Origin: an uncultured virus (IMG/VR IMGVR_UViG_3300032323_001292) | Lineage: Duplodnaviria > Heunggongvirae > Uroviricota > Caudoviricetes | Length of the DNA stretch: 64,000 nt | Direction: 5' to 3' (one strand) | IMG/VR virus record: IMGVR_UViG_3300032323_001292 | Shown here: one piece after another, positions 48,907 to 58,314 of the stretch | Numbering within the stretch: the first letter of the stretch is position 1 | How the letters are laid out: the number at the start of each line of letters is the position of its first letter | Translations under genes and position numbers: made by a program | The notes under the pieces: model-generated | What the model saw: the letters and a program-made list of their open reading frames with translations, nothing else | Told to the model about the DNA's origin: nothing | Databases searched by the model: none

Positions 48907-49317
48907 ATGTCTTTAGAAAAACTTAAAGAAGAAGTTAAACAATACATAGTACTTAAAGATGAAGTTGAATTTTTAAATCAACGCCAAACTGAAATTAAAA
49001 AACGAGTTATTGAATCGTTATTAGAAATAGGCGAAGAAGATAGTCGTGGGCACATTGTTGCTGAAATTAATGACGAAAAATCTGGTTTAACCAGAATTAC
49101 TGTTGTTCATCAAAAAAGGATTTCTAAATCTTTAGATATAGATAAAGCAGAATCTATTCTTGATGCAAAAGGAATTAAAGACCGATGCATTAAGTTAGTA
49201 CCTACTATTAATGAAGATGAGATTATGGCTGCTTACTATGAAGGTTTAATCACCGAACAAGAAGTAGATGAAATGTTTCCATCAAAGATTACTTACGCGT
49301 TATTAGTCAAACAATGA
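48907..49317 (+). CDS. Hypothetical protein (N-terminal coiled coil)
   Basis: 136 aa, AGGGG RBS. Confidence 0.7.
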   Translation: MSLEKLKEEVKQYIVLKDEVEFLNQRQTEIKKRVIESLLEIGEEDSRGHIVAEINDEKSGLTRITVVHQKRISKSLDIDKAESILDAKGIKDRCIKLVPTINEDEIMAAYYEGLITEQEVDEMFPSKITYALLVKQ

Positions 49318-49796
49318 CCGAAGAAAATATTGAAAAGTTTTTTAGCGATATAGATATTTACTATCCAGGTAGTAAAAGAAAACGCAAAGAACCTAAACCA
49401 AAAAAAGAAGTACAAATACTAGATTGGGATTCCAAACCTAGAAAAACTACTTTGCCTAACGGTACACAGGTTGATATGTTTCTTATTGGTTCTTTATGTA
49501 AAGCTTTAAACAGGCCGTTAGTAACTATACGGTCATGGATTAAGGAAGGGTATCTTCCCCAATCCCCTTATAGACTTCCTTCCACGACAACTAAGTCAGG
49601 GGAGGAATACCGAGGTCGTCGTTTGTACAGCAGACGTATGATTGAGGCAGCTGTTGAGATATTTAATCAGAATAGACTTTTTGAAGAAAAAAGGATAAAC
49701 TGGTCTCAACATCAACAGGTTACAAAAAGCCTAGTTGACTCGTGGAATAAAATTCGCGAGGATGAAAATAAGATGACAACAGATGAAAAGAGATGA
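49314..49796 (+). CDS. MerR-like HTH DNA-binding protein
   Basis: IG.LCKALNR..VTIRSW.KEG.LP...R....G.RLYS. Confidence 0.7.
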   Translation: MTEENIEKFFSDIDIYYPGSKRKRKEPKPKKEVQILDWDSKPRKTTLPNGTQVDMFLIGSLCKALNRPLVTIRSWIKEGYLPQSPYRLPSTTTKSGEEYRGRRLYSRRMIEAAVEIFNQNRLFEEKRINWSQHQQVTKSLVDSWNKIREDENKMTTDEKR

Positions 49797-49800
49797 ATAA

Positions 49801-50445
49801 ATGGCTATACAACAAGAAGTACCAGGCATTGACACATATATGGTTGATGCAAGACCTGAACAAGCAACAAGTTCAGCAGTTCAATCAGGCTGGGAAGCTG
49901 CGGAGAAATTAACACCTCCTACTGGCGATTTTCCAGTTGAATTTAAACACAGCGAAGAATTACAAGTGGTTAAGTTTCTTGACCCTAATGGTCCGTTCGC
50001 AAGTTACAGACAGCATTTCTTGACTGAAAAGGCTGGTCGCAAATCTTATGTATGTTTGGGTGCAGAATGCCCATTATGTCTTAAGTTGCGCCATCGCCCA
50101 GAAGACAAGCGTGGGTTTACTGTTGCTAACTTAAGCATAACTCCAGCGCAGAAGCAAATGATTATCGCTTCTCCTCGTTTGTTTAAGACTTTGCACATGG
50201 TTAACTCAACACCACAAGGTCCTTTAAATAAAAATTATTGGGCAATAAGCCGTTCGGGCGTAAAACAAAGCACTGTCTACCATGTAGTCGCAATTAAAGA
50301 ACGCGACTTGGCAGAAGATTATGGTATCGACCCAGCAACTGCTGCAAATGCAATTGCTTCAATGGAACCATTTTCTTATTCAACAATCAAGCAAACTTCT
50401 TACACAGATTTGCTTGCCATTGCTGAAGAACTAATGGATAGATAG
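49801..50445 (+). CDS. Putative ssDNA-binding protein (gp32-like, Zn-binding)
   Basis: VVKFLD, YRQHF, SYVC..ECPLC; upstream of polymerase. Confidence 0.6.
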   Translation: MAIQQEVPGIDTYMVDARPEQATSSAVQSGWEAAEKLTPPTGDFPVEFKHSEELQVVKFLDPNGPFASYRQHFLTEKAGRKSYVCLGAECPLCLKLRHRPEDKRGFTVANLSITPAQKQMIIASPRLFKTLHMVNSTPQGPLNKNYWAISRSGVKQSTVYHVVAIKERDLAEDYGIDPATAANAIASMEPFSYSTIKQTSYTDLLAIAEELMDR

Positions 50446-50509
50446 GCAAACATTAGACCGCTCAGGGGCTGACTCTCCCCTTTCTCAGCTCCTGGGCCCT
50501 AAACTATTT

Positions 50510-52486
50510 ATGAATATAATTACTACTACTTACCAATTAAACGAAATGGTTAGTCATTATCTAACTCAAGATGCTTTTGCTTATGACGTTGAAACAGTAG
50601 GTCCACGCAGAGGCGTTACAGTCGTTAATGAAGTTTTATGGATTACCCTTGCAACCTATGGTAGATGTGATGTTATTCCCATGGGACATCCAAACGGAGA
50701 ATTTTTAGAAGAATTATTTCCCCTTACTGGTCAAGGTGAGAAGCGTGTTGCTAAAGGATTAGAAGTAAGACCAAGTGATTACTCAAGAGATAAAAGAAAG
50801 TCAACTGTTTTATTTGGTGAAGCTCCTAAACAATTGTTTCCGGCTGAGGTATTTAAAGCATTAAAACCTTTAATGTTTAATAAAGATATTTTAAAAATAG
50901 GTCACAATCTTGTATTTGATTTAACTTCTGTTGCTAAATATTTTGACAACAAAGTTCCAGTAGGTCCTTACTTTGACACAATGATTGCTTCATTTATTGT
51001 AGACAACCGTAATAAAAATAAAGTAGGTCTTGACGATTGTTTAAAGAGAGAGTTTAACTATGAGATGGTTAAAGGTATTGGAAAAGAAGTAGAGAAGTAT
51101 TCTTTTACTGAGGTTGCTAAGTATGCTTATCTAGATTCTAAATACACATTTATGTTGTGGAAAGTTTTAACACCAAAGATTAAAGAACAAGCAGTACATA
51201 ATGTATTTAAATTAGAGATGGACGTTCTAGCAGTCCTTTGCGAAATGAAGCTTACTGGTGCACCAATAGATATGAAAGCCCTACAAGAACTTAAAGATTT
51301 ATTAGAAGTTGATATAGAAAAAGCAAGAGAAACTATTTACAAAATTGCTGGATTTTTTAATATTAATTCTAACCAAGAAAAGCAAGCAAAGTTATATGGT
51401 CCTAAAGACCAAGGTGGCCGAGGTTTAAAGACCCACGTTTTAACAGGCAAGGGGAAGAAAAAAGATGACGAAGGTATAGATTTATCAGTATCAGATTATT
51501 CAGTGTCTTCTGAAGCCCTTGAGGCTTTTAGAGGTAGAGACGAATTAGTAGACGCTCTTTTAGAATATTCAGATTTAAATAAATTATTAACAACTTATGT
51601 TATTCCTTATTTAGGCGGGGAAGTAATTAGAACTGTTAATGGAAAATCTAAGACCGACTATAAAGAAAGTTTATTAGTAGATGGTCGCATTCATTGTGAT
51701 TTCATTCAACACGGAGCTGAGACAGGTAGATTCTCAAGTCGTAACCCAAATTTACAAAACGTACCAGCCCCTCATACAGCCCATGGTAAAGCTATTAGAA
51801 ATTTATTTATAGCTCCAGAAGGTTATAAGTTGATTGTTGCTGACTATTCACAGATTGAACCTCGCATTATTGCTTCTATGTCAGAAGACCCAATTATGTT
51901 AAAGAACTACCAAGAAGGTGGAGATATTTATACAACCGTAGGAAACACTATGGGAGTAGATAGAAAAGCTGGGAAGGTACTAGTGCTAGCGATGGCTTAC
52001 GGAGTAGGTCCAGACAAAATAGCTAGGCAAATAGGTTGCAGCGTACGAGAGGCTAGAACATTACTAGATGATTTTGGGGCTAACTTTACTTCAGTAAATA
52101 GATACAGACAAAAGATTATTGGTGTTGCTAGAAACAGTAGGCCGCCTCACATAACCACAATTTTAGGTAGAAAGAGATATTTACCAGAATTACTATCACG
52201 AGACCCAGGGTTAAAAGCAGGTGCTGAACGTCAGGCGTTTAATACTCGTATTCAAGGCACTGCTGCAGACATTATTAAAGTTGCCATGGTGAGGGCTAAC
52301 GCTGCTTTACCAGAAGGCGCGAAACTCTTATTAACGGTTCACGACGAACTAGTCACACTTACTCCTGATAGGCTGGTTGAAGAATCAACGACTGCAATTA
52401 AAGATGCTATGGAAGGTATAAAAGTGTTAAACATTCCTTTAGTAGCAGATATAAAAGTAGTTCAAAAATGGGGAGAAGCTAAATGA
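50510..52486 (+). CDS. polA: DNA polymerase, family A (3'-5' exonuclease + polymerase)
   Basis: DVET, GHNL.FD, TGRFSS.NPNLQN, ADYSQIEPR, K...L...YG, N..IQGTAAD, VHDEL. Confidence 0.96.
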   Translation: MNIITTTYQLNEMVSHYLTQDAFAYDVETVGPRRGVTVVNEVLWITLATYGRCDVIPMGHPNGEFLEELFPLTGQGEKRVAKGLEVRPSDYSRDKRKSTVLFGEAPKQLFPAEVFKALKPLMFNKDILKIGHNLVFDLTSVAKYFDNKVPVGPYFDTMIASFIVDNRNKNKVGLDDCLKREFNYEMVKGIGKEVEKYSFTEVAKYAYLDSKYTFMLWKVLTPKIKEQAVHNVFKLEMDVLAVLCEMKLTGAPIDMKALQELKDLLEVDIEKARETIYKIAGFFNINSNQEKQAKLYGPKDQGGRGLKTHVLTGKGKKKDDEGIDLSVSDYSVSSEALEAFRGRDELVDALLEYSDLNKLLTTYVIPYLGGEVIRTVNGKSKTDYKESLLVDGRIHCDFIQHGAETGRFSSRNPNLQNVPAPHTAHGKAIRNLFIAPEGYKLIVADYSQIEPRIIASMSEDPIMLKNYQEGGDIYTTVGNTMGVDRKAGKVLVLAMAYGVGPDKIARQIGCSVREARTLLDDFGANFTSVNRYRQKIIGVARNSRPPHITTILGRKRYLPELLSRDPGLKAGAERQAFNTRIQGTAADIIKVAMVRANAALPEGAKLLLTVHDELVTLTPDRLVEESTTAIKDAMEGIKVLNIPLVADIKVVQKWGEAK

Positions 52487-52923
52487 CCGATTCTTTACAT
52501 CCTATTCCTTTTACCACTTTAGTTAGGTGGTATTTGTACGATTTAGAAGTTGTACATCCAAATAAAATTGCAGAAATTCTTGGATTAAATCCTATTAGCC
52601 AAGAAGGAGAAGAAAAAGAAATAGAAGACAGCGATAATCGTATGTCTGAATTAGTTAGTTTATTACCATTTATAGATAATATTTCTGAAATTAATGCACA
52701 AGTTTTAGTTGCTGTTCAAAGGCCTTCAACAGAAATATTAGTAAATGGTTCTAATGGAACTTTAAATCTTGAAGAGATGGAAGAAAATTTAAGAAATACT
52801 TTTAGACACATATCATTTTCAGCAATAACTGCAGCTATTTCAGCAGGTATGGAACTTGCCATACTTGACCACGGTGGGGCTGAATTTGAAGAATACGAAA
52901 TCGAGGAGCTAGATGAGCAGTAA
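52483..52923 (+). CDS. Hypothetical acidic protein
   Basis: 146 aa, ATGA overlap. Confidence 0.7.
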   Translation: MTDSLHPIPFTTLVRWYLYDLEVVHPNKIAEILGLNPISQEGEEKEIEDSDNRMSELVSLLPFIDNISEINAQVLVAVQRPSTEILVNGSNGTLNLEEMEENLRNTFRHISFSAITAAISAGMELAILDHGGAEFEEYEIEELDEQ

Positions 52924-53290
52924 TTGGTGGGCAAATAAATTAGGTACAACTCCTACAAATCAACCACAACAGCAACAACCAAGGCAATTTACAACGCCTC
53001 CAACTCAACAACCAACTCAACCTTATTATCCGCAAGAACAGATACAAGACCGCAGACTTCCTGAAAGTGCAACTACTATTAACCGTTGTCCAGGTTGTGG
53101 TAGTGGTAATTACGGAAGTGGTGCGCCCGGAGTAAGACCTCGTTGTTATGACTGTGGGTATCCAATAACACAATCTGGTACAGGAATGCCAGGTGCAAGA
53201 GTCCCAGTAGATGGACCAACTCAAGCAGCAAAACAAATATCAACTACAAATAACTTTAACCCACAAGGCATCATAGGAAAGATTGAATAA
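52913..53290 (+). CDS. Hypothetical zinc-ribbon protein
   Basis: Q/P-rich N-terminus, CPGCGS.NY...CYDCGYP. Confidence 0.7.
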   Translation: MSSNWWANKLGTTPTNQPQQQQPRQFTTPPTQQPTQPYYPQEQIQDRRLPESATTINRCPGCGSGNYGSGAPGVRPRCYDCGYPITQSGTGMPGARVPVDGPTQAAKQISTTNNFNPQGIIGKIE

Positions 53291-54342
53291 TGAGTCTAAT
53301 AAAAGTACTGGCAAATATTAATAAACAATTTGGTGATAACACAGTAATTCTTGGGTCTGAAATTAGAGAAGACTATATGAGCCGTATGCCTTCTGGCTCA
53401 CTTGCTTTAGATGTAGTTTTAGGTGGGGGATGGCCAGCTAATCAATGGCATGAAATTGTAGGAGAAGCAAGTAATGGTAAAACTGCTATTGCTTTAAAAA
53501 CTATTGCTGCTAATCAAAAACGTGACCCTAACTTCACAACCGTATGGATTGCCGCAGAACAATGGGTTCCTGCATATGCTGAAATGTGTGGAGTAGATGT
53601 CAGTCGTATATATGTTGTATCTACAAATGTTATGGAAGAAGCTTATTCAGTTGCTATAAACCTTGTAGAAACTAAAGAAGTAGATTGCGTTGTTATTGAT
53701 TCACTTCCAGCATTAGTTCCAACAACTGAAGAAGAAAAAGATATGGATGAAACAACCGTAGGACGAGGTGCTTTATTAACAGGTAAGTTCTTTCGCAAAG
53801 TAGAGCATGTTGGTAAAAGAAGTATGGTTGAAAAAGAAAGACCATTTATTGGAATTATTATTAATCAATATCGTATGAGTATTGGTGTTATGTACGGAGA
53901 CCCAAGAACTACCCCAGGTGGTAAAGCTAAAGATTATTTCTTCTTCACTCGTCTTGAAGTAAAAAGAGATGAATGGTTAGAAGAAGGAACTGGACAAGAA
54001 AAACGTCGCATAGGACAGACTATAAAGATTCGTAGTCTTAAAAATAAATCAGCCCCTATATCAGAGCCAGCATTTGTTGATTTTTATTTTGCAGAAGGTG
54101 GAATAGTACCTGCTGGGCACTATGACTTTGCTAAAGAAATAGTTGCTTTAGGTATTTTAAATAAAGTTATTGTTAGAGCCGGCGCGTATTACCGATACAG
54201 CGGAAAGCAATGGCAGGGCGCAGATGCTATGCTAGATAGTATCCGGGAGGATATTGACCTTCGCGAGAACCTTGAACGTGACGTTTTAGAAAGCGTCAAA
54301 GTTGGGTCTAAGCATGTTGCTGAGTTGGAAAATGCCAACTAA
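53290..54342 (+). CDS. recA: RecA-like recombinase
   Basis: SGSLALD..LGGG.P, EIVGEASNGKT, VVIDSL.AL, INQ.R..IGVMYGDP.TTPGG. Confidence 0.95.
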   Translation: MSLIKVLANINKQFGDNTVILGSEIREDYMSRMPSGSLALDVVLGGGWPANQWHEIVGEASNGKTAIALKTIAANQKRDPNFTTVWIAAEQWVPAYAEMCGVDVSRIYVVSTNVMEEAYSVAINLVETKEVDCVVIDSLPALVPTTEEEKDMDETTVGRGALLTGKFFRKVEHVGKRSMVEKERPFIGIIINQYRMSIGVMYGDPRTTPGGKAKDYFFFTRLEVKRDEWLEEGTGQEKRRIGQTIKIRSLKNKSAPISEPAFVDFYFAEGGIVPAGHYDFAKEIVALGILNKVIVRAGAYYRYSGKQWQGADAMLDSIREDIDLRENLERDVLESVKVGSKHVAELENAN

Positions 54343-54670
54343 GGGACAACGTCAGTCTAGGAAGCACGAGGACCGATTAGCAAAAGTTATCGGCGGCAAA
54401 AGAAATGCTGCAAGCGGTGGCTTTTGGAATCGTAAAGGCGATGTCCGTTCAAAAGATTTATTGATAGAACATAAATGGACTGGCAAAGCCTCCTTTACCG
54501 TAAAGGCAAAGGTCTTAGAAAAGATTGTTGAAGAAGCAATTCTTGACAGTCGAATGCCCGTCCTTGGCTTCCACCTAAATGACGAAAATTATGTCATGTT
54601 GTTAGAGGACGACTTCCTAAGCCTGCGCCACAGACTTCAGGAGTGTTCTTGTACGAAGGCAACGAAGTAA
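54332..54670 (+). CDS. PD-(D/E)XK Holliday-junction-resolvase-like endonuclease
   Basis: HE..LAK, SGG...KGDV....LIEHK. Confidence 0.75.
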   Translation: MPTKGQRQSRKHEDRLAKVIGGKRNAASGGFWNRKGDVRSKDLLIEHKWTGKASFTVKAKVLEKIVEEAILDSRMPVLGFHLNDENYVMLLEDDFLSLRHRLQECSCTKATK

Positions 54671-55008
54671 ATGATTGGCGTTATAAAGCCAAATGTCGCG
54701 GGCTTGACACCGAATTATGGTATCCCCCAAGAGACAAGACTAAATATAAAAAAATTGCAGATAAAGCAAAAGCTGTTTGCTTTGGTAAAGATGGTGCACC
54801 AGAATGCCCTGTGCGTATTGCATGCTTGTTATATGCAGATAGTATGGACGAACAGCACGGTATCTGGGGCGGTCTCAGTCATAGGGAGAGGAACGCTCTT
54901 AAACGTAAAGCCATACGTAATGGTAAAACGTTAGAAGAGTGGGTAAAAGAAAATGACAACAAAGTACAAACCGTCAAAAGCACTAAAGCAGTTCATCGAC
55001 GTGGGTAA
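54643..55008 (+). CDS. whiB: WhiB-family Fe-S transcription factor
   Basis: W...AKC...D.ELWYP, AKAVC...CPVR..CL, GIWGGLS..ER. Confidence 0.93.
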   Translation: MFLYEGNEVNDWRYKAKCRGLDTELWYPPRDKTKYKKIADKAKAVCFGKDGAPECPVRIACLLYADSMDEQHGIWGGLSHRERNALKRKAIRNGKTLEEWVKENDNKVQTVKSTKAVHRRG

Positions 55009-55828
55009 AAAAGATACAAGAGTAATTAACTCAATAGAAAGATATTTATTATCTAAACCACAGAATACTGATAGAAGACAAGATGTACTTCATCCATCAG
55101 ATATGGTTAAACCCTTTTGGTGTCATAGAACTTCTTATTATAAATTGCAAGGATATACACCAGCTGATTCTTCTTTTAGGTCTCCCTTAAAACGAGAACT
55201 AATGTTTGAAGAAGGCCACAGAATACATGCTAAGTGGCAAGAGTGGTTTAAAGATATGGATAAAATTATTGGTTCATGGCTTTGTAGTCATTGCAATGAA
55301 CTTTTTTGGGGATTACATAGTCAGGCAAAAGAACAGTGTGTTGGACCTTTTACTTATAGAGAAGTTTCATTATCTTACGAACCTTTAAAAATTAGTGGCC
55401 ATTCCGATGGTTGGTTAGTTGGATTTGGGGACCCATTACTATTAGAAATTAAATCGTTAGGAATTGGAACTGTTAGATGGGAAGACCCCGACTTGTTAGT
55501 AAAATACGACGGGGATTTTGAGAAAATTTGGAAATCCATGACTGCCCCCTTTTATAGCCATCAAAGACAAGCCCAGTTATATATGAAACTTATGGAATTA
55601 ATTGGTATGGAAGATGCTCCTCAAGAAGCAGTTATTATTTATGAGTCTAAATTAAATCAAGAGGTAAAAGAGTTTATTATACCTAAAAGTGATTTTGGTA
55701 TTACAGAGTTACTAGACGCAGCTCAAATGATTGTGACTGCTGTTGATACCAAAACTCCACCTATTTGTAATTTAAAAGGGATAGATGGATGTAAACAATG
55801 TAAGGAGTTCGAGTATGTCACTAACTAA
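54953..55828 (+). CDS. Cas4-like/PD-(D/E)XK exonuclease
   Basis: HPS..C.R, G..IH, GHSDG, LEIKS, Q.QLYM, C-terminal C..C..C. Confidence 0.8.
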   Translation: MTTKYKPSKALKQFIDVGKKDTRVINSIERYLLSKPQNTDRRQDVLHPSDMVKPFWCHRTSYYKLQGYTPADSSFRSPLKRELMFEEGHRIHAKWQEWFKDMDKIIGSWLCSHCNELFWGLHSQAKEQCVGPFTYREVSLSYEPLKISGHSDGWLVGFGDPLLLEIKSLGIGTVRWEDPDLLVKYDGDFEKIWKSMTAPFYSHQRQAQLYMKLMELIGMEDAPQEAVIIYESKLNQEVKEFIIPKSDFGITELLDAAQMIVTAVDTKTPPICNLKGIDGCKQCKEFEYVTN

Positions 55829-56315
55829 ATTAGTATCTGAAGAGAGTTCAACAACTTTAGATTCCCTTAAATCTCAAGGGTTTTTAATAGAAAGAGAAAC
55901 TTTTATTGATACCCCCAGAGTTCCATCAGATGTAACAAGTTTAGGTGAAGAAGAACTGATGGAGTTATTTACACATTTAACCTCTTATCTAGCTTTCATC
56001 AATACTCAACTAGCGTGTGCAGAAATTGATGAATTAAATACAAAAAAACAGTTAGATTATGAGGTGGGATTGCTTACCCTATCTTTAACAACCGGAAGTA
56101 ATGCGGAAAAGATAACGGTAGCTAGGCTAAAGGTAGCCACAGACCCAAAGATAGTTGAAATAGAAGCTGAACATATGAAACGTACAAGTTATACAAAGTT
56201 AGTATCAATGATGTATGACAACGTTAATAAAGATTTAGCTTTAATAAGCAGAGAGTTGACTAGACGCACTGCTGGAGATTCATACAAAACAAGAAAGAAG
56301 AGCTTTAACCTCTAA
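55815..56315 (+). CDS. Hypothetical helical protein (possible recombination mediator)
   Basis: Coiled-coil-like, ends ISRELTRR; start moved to 55815. Confidence 0.55.
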   Translation: MSLTKLVSEESSTTLDSLKSQGFLIERETFIDTPRVPSDVTSLGEEELMELFTHLTSYLAFINTQLACAEIDELNTKKQLDYEVGLLTLSLTTGSNAEKITVARLKVATDPKIVEIEAEHMKRTSYTKLVSMMYDNVNKDLALISRELTRRTAGDSYKTRKKSFNL

Positions 56316-56881
56316 TGAAAACATACGGCCCAGGAATACCTTCGGGTCATTCAGTTTATATGGGTATAGACCAATCTTATGGTGGATTTTCTATTACCTA
56401 CATATCCAAAGAAGACCCTACAAAATACAAAACGGTAGTTAAAAAATTTGAGGGAGGGGGAATTACTAGGTTAGTAGCCGTTGCTGAGTTTATTGTTGAG
56501 TCTTTAAATAGCGTTACTACAGATAAAAACAAAGTGCTAGACGCAGCTATAGAAGGTTACGCCTATGGTTCTCAAATGTCCCATATGTTAGGTGAGTTGG
56601 GAGCTATTGTTAAATTAGTTTTATTTGATAATGGAATGTTCCCACTTATTATTCCTCCTACTACATTAAAGAAATATGTAGCAGGAAAAGGAAAAGATGT
56701 AAAGAAAAGCCAGATGCTACTTGCAGTGTTTAAGAAGTGGGGCGTAGAATTAACAGATGACAATGCTGCCGATTCTTACTCATTAGCTCGTATAGCTTCT
56801 GGATACGCAACGGTAGATTATGAAAAATCTATACAAGGTAACTTAAAGGACCCAAAATACAGGGAGAAACAAAATGGATAA
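56315..56881 (+). CDS. RuvC-like resolvase
   Basis: MGIDQS, AIEGY, P.TLKKYVAGKG..KK, DDNAADS. Confidence 0.85.
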   Translation: MKTYGPGIPSGHSVYMGIDQSYGGFSITYISKEDPTKYKTVVKKFEGGGITRLVAVAEFIVESLNSVTTDKNKVLDAAIEGYAYGSQMSHMLGELGAIVKLVLFDNGMFPLIIPPTTLKKYVAGKGKDVKKSQMLLAVFKKWGVELTDDNAADSYSLARIASGYATVDYEKSIQGNLKDPKYREKQNG

Positions 56882-57092
56882 AAAAGTAAAACTAATATTT
56901 AGCCCATATATGACAGTAGAAGAGTTTGTACAGTTTTTTACAAGAACTGTTGCGGCTTCAGTAAATAGATTCCACCCAACGGAAGACCATAAATACCACG
57001 TAGAGGACCTAGCTGTAGCTGCTTCTATAGCATCAGATAGCTTTCTATATACAATAGAATCGATACCATGGGAAATAACGAAGAAAAACTAA
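56874..57092 (+). CDS. Hypothetical protein
   Basis: 72 aa, GGGAG RBS. Confidence 0.55.
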   Translation: MDKKVKLIFSPYMTVEEFVQFFTRTVAASVNRFHPTEDHKYHVEDLAVAASIASDSFLYTIESIPWEITKKN

Positions 57093-57307
57093 ACTCAATT
57101 CCAATTAGCGAAGTAGTCCCAGATTACAAAAACGCTATGGATTTAAGAGGTACCCCAACTTCAGTATGCGTTTGCGGTTCAACTGTATTTAAAGTAAATT
57201 GCATGTTTGATGGAGATGGTATTTCAATGTACTTTTTAGACATGGAGTGTACATTCTGTGGTAGCAAAGCCACTGCCCCAACTCCTATAGATGGAGAGGA
57301 GGATTAG
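57068..57307 (+). CDS. Small zinc-ribbon protein
   Basis: DLRG.PT.VC.CGS...EC..CGS. Confidence 0.65.
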   Translation: MGNNEEKLNSIPISEVVPDYKNAMDLRGTPTSVCVCGSTVFKVNCMFDGDGISMYFLDMECTFCGSKATAPTPIDGEED

Positions 57308-57426
57308 TGTCAGTTCGTATTACTTCTACCTTGCCTTGTGGATGCAAAATAGAAGCAAATAGCCTTGTAGAATATGAAAATTTAAGGGATAAACACACCT
57401 GCCCGCTTAGCCCCATTAAAAAGTAA
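57307..57426 (+). CDS. Possible small protein (39 aa)
   Basis: GGAGG RBS, GTG overlapping previous TAG; VSVRITSTLPCGCKIE...HTCP. Confidence 0.4.
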   Translation: MSVRITSTLPCGCKIEANSLVEYENLRDKHTCPLSPIKK

Positions 57427-57470
57427 TTCTTTGACATACTTTTAAGACCCGGAACACTTAAAGGAACAAT

Positions 57471-57752
57471 ATGTCTGAAGAACAAAAAGAAGAACAAATA
57501 CTGCGCGTATCTAGCGGCAGTAACCCTCAAGCGGTAGCCTCAGCAATAGCCCACAGTATCTATGAAAATCGTACCTGTAAAGTCCGTGCTGTAGGCGCAG
57601 GGGCCGTAAATCAAGCCGTTAAAGCCATTGCAATAGCCCGTGGGTACGCAGCCCCAAGAGGACTAGACCTCGTCTGTGTTCCTGGTTTTGCGTCAATTGA
57701 AAGCCACGATGGACAGATTTCTGCAATTGTATTTTCAATTATTGCTAGTTAA
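57471..57752 (+). CDS. spoVS: SpoVS-family protein
   Basis: ILRVSS.SNP.AVA.AIA, RAVGAGAVNQAVKAIAIARGY, P.F. Confidence 0.9.
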   Translation: MSEEQKEEQILRVSSGSNPQAVASAIAHSIYENRTCKVRAVGAGAVNQAVKAIAIARGYAAPRGLDLVCVPGFASIESHDGQISAIVFSIIAS

Positions 57753-57820
57753 GCATTTGTAAAAATCAATAAAGCACTACCGTAGTTAATAGTAACTCTT
57801 AGGCCAAGAGAAGGTAGTAA

Positions 57821-58156
57821 ATGGAAGATTTCGTATCGAAGTCAGCTAAAGCTAGTGATTTTGAAACTATGGGCAACGTAGTTTCAAAAGGTGCTGCAAA
57901 AGCTGCTACTCCGTCAAAACATACAAAACTTATGAAAAAAACTGGTAACGCTAAGGGTGGAACAGACCCATATAAGCAACCAAAGCCTTCACGTACTAAT
58001 AAACTACGTGAACGTTCAGGAGCACGTTACGGTGTAAGTGTTAAGATGCCAAAAGGAACAAGCCCAGAAGCTGGTTATACACAAGGCAATGGTCGCATTA
58101 TTCCTTCAGCAGTTAATCGTTCTCGTCCCAACTTCAACGCTGGTATGACCGAATAA
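57821..58156 (+). CDS. Basic low-complexity hypothetical protein
   Basis: 111 aa, high-expression codon usage. Confidence 0.65.
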   Translation: MEDFVSKSAKASDFETMGNVVSKGAAKAATPSKHTKLMKKTGNAKGGTDPYKQPKPSRTNKLRERSGARYGVSVKMPKGTSPEAGYTQGNGRIIPSAVNRSRPNFNAGMTE

Positions 58157-58203
58157 TTAATTGAATATATAGGGCATCTGCCACCTGCCTGGCATCCCTG
58201 TTT

Positions 58204-58240
58204 AAACCCCGCGAGCAAAACTCGCGGGGTTTTCTTATTT
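58204..58240 (+). terminator. Rho-independent terminator
   Basis: AAACCCCGCGAG-CAAAA-CTCGCGGGGTTT then TCTTATTT. Confidence 0.88.
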
Positions 58241-58314
58241 GCATACTAAATAACATTGGTGTAATCTTGTGATAAGATTTAAAACTACATGGCGAACCAT
58301 GGGAGAGGCACAAT

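Noticed and set aside
44542..54342. Inteins or introns in DnaB, PolA, RecA (and TerL)
   Set aside because: Lengths are normal, motifs are contiguous, and no intein splice or homing-endonuclease motifs were seen
54953..55828. Cas4-like gene as a CRISPR-Cas system
   Set aside because: No other cas genes or array; solo Cas4-like nucleases are common in phage recombination modules
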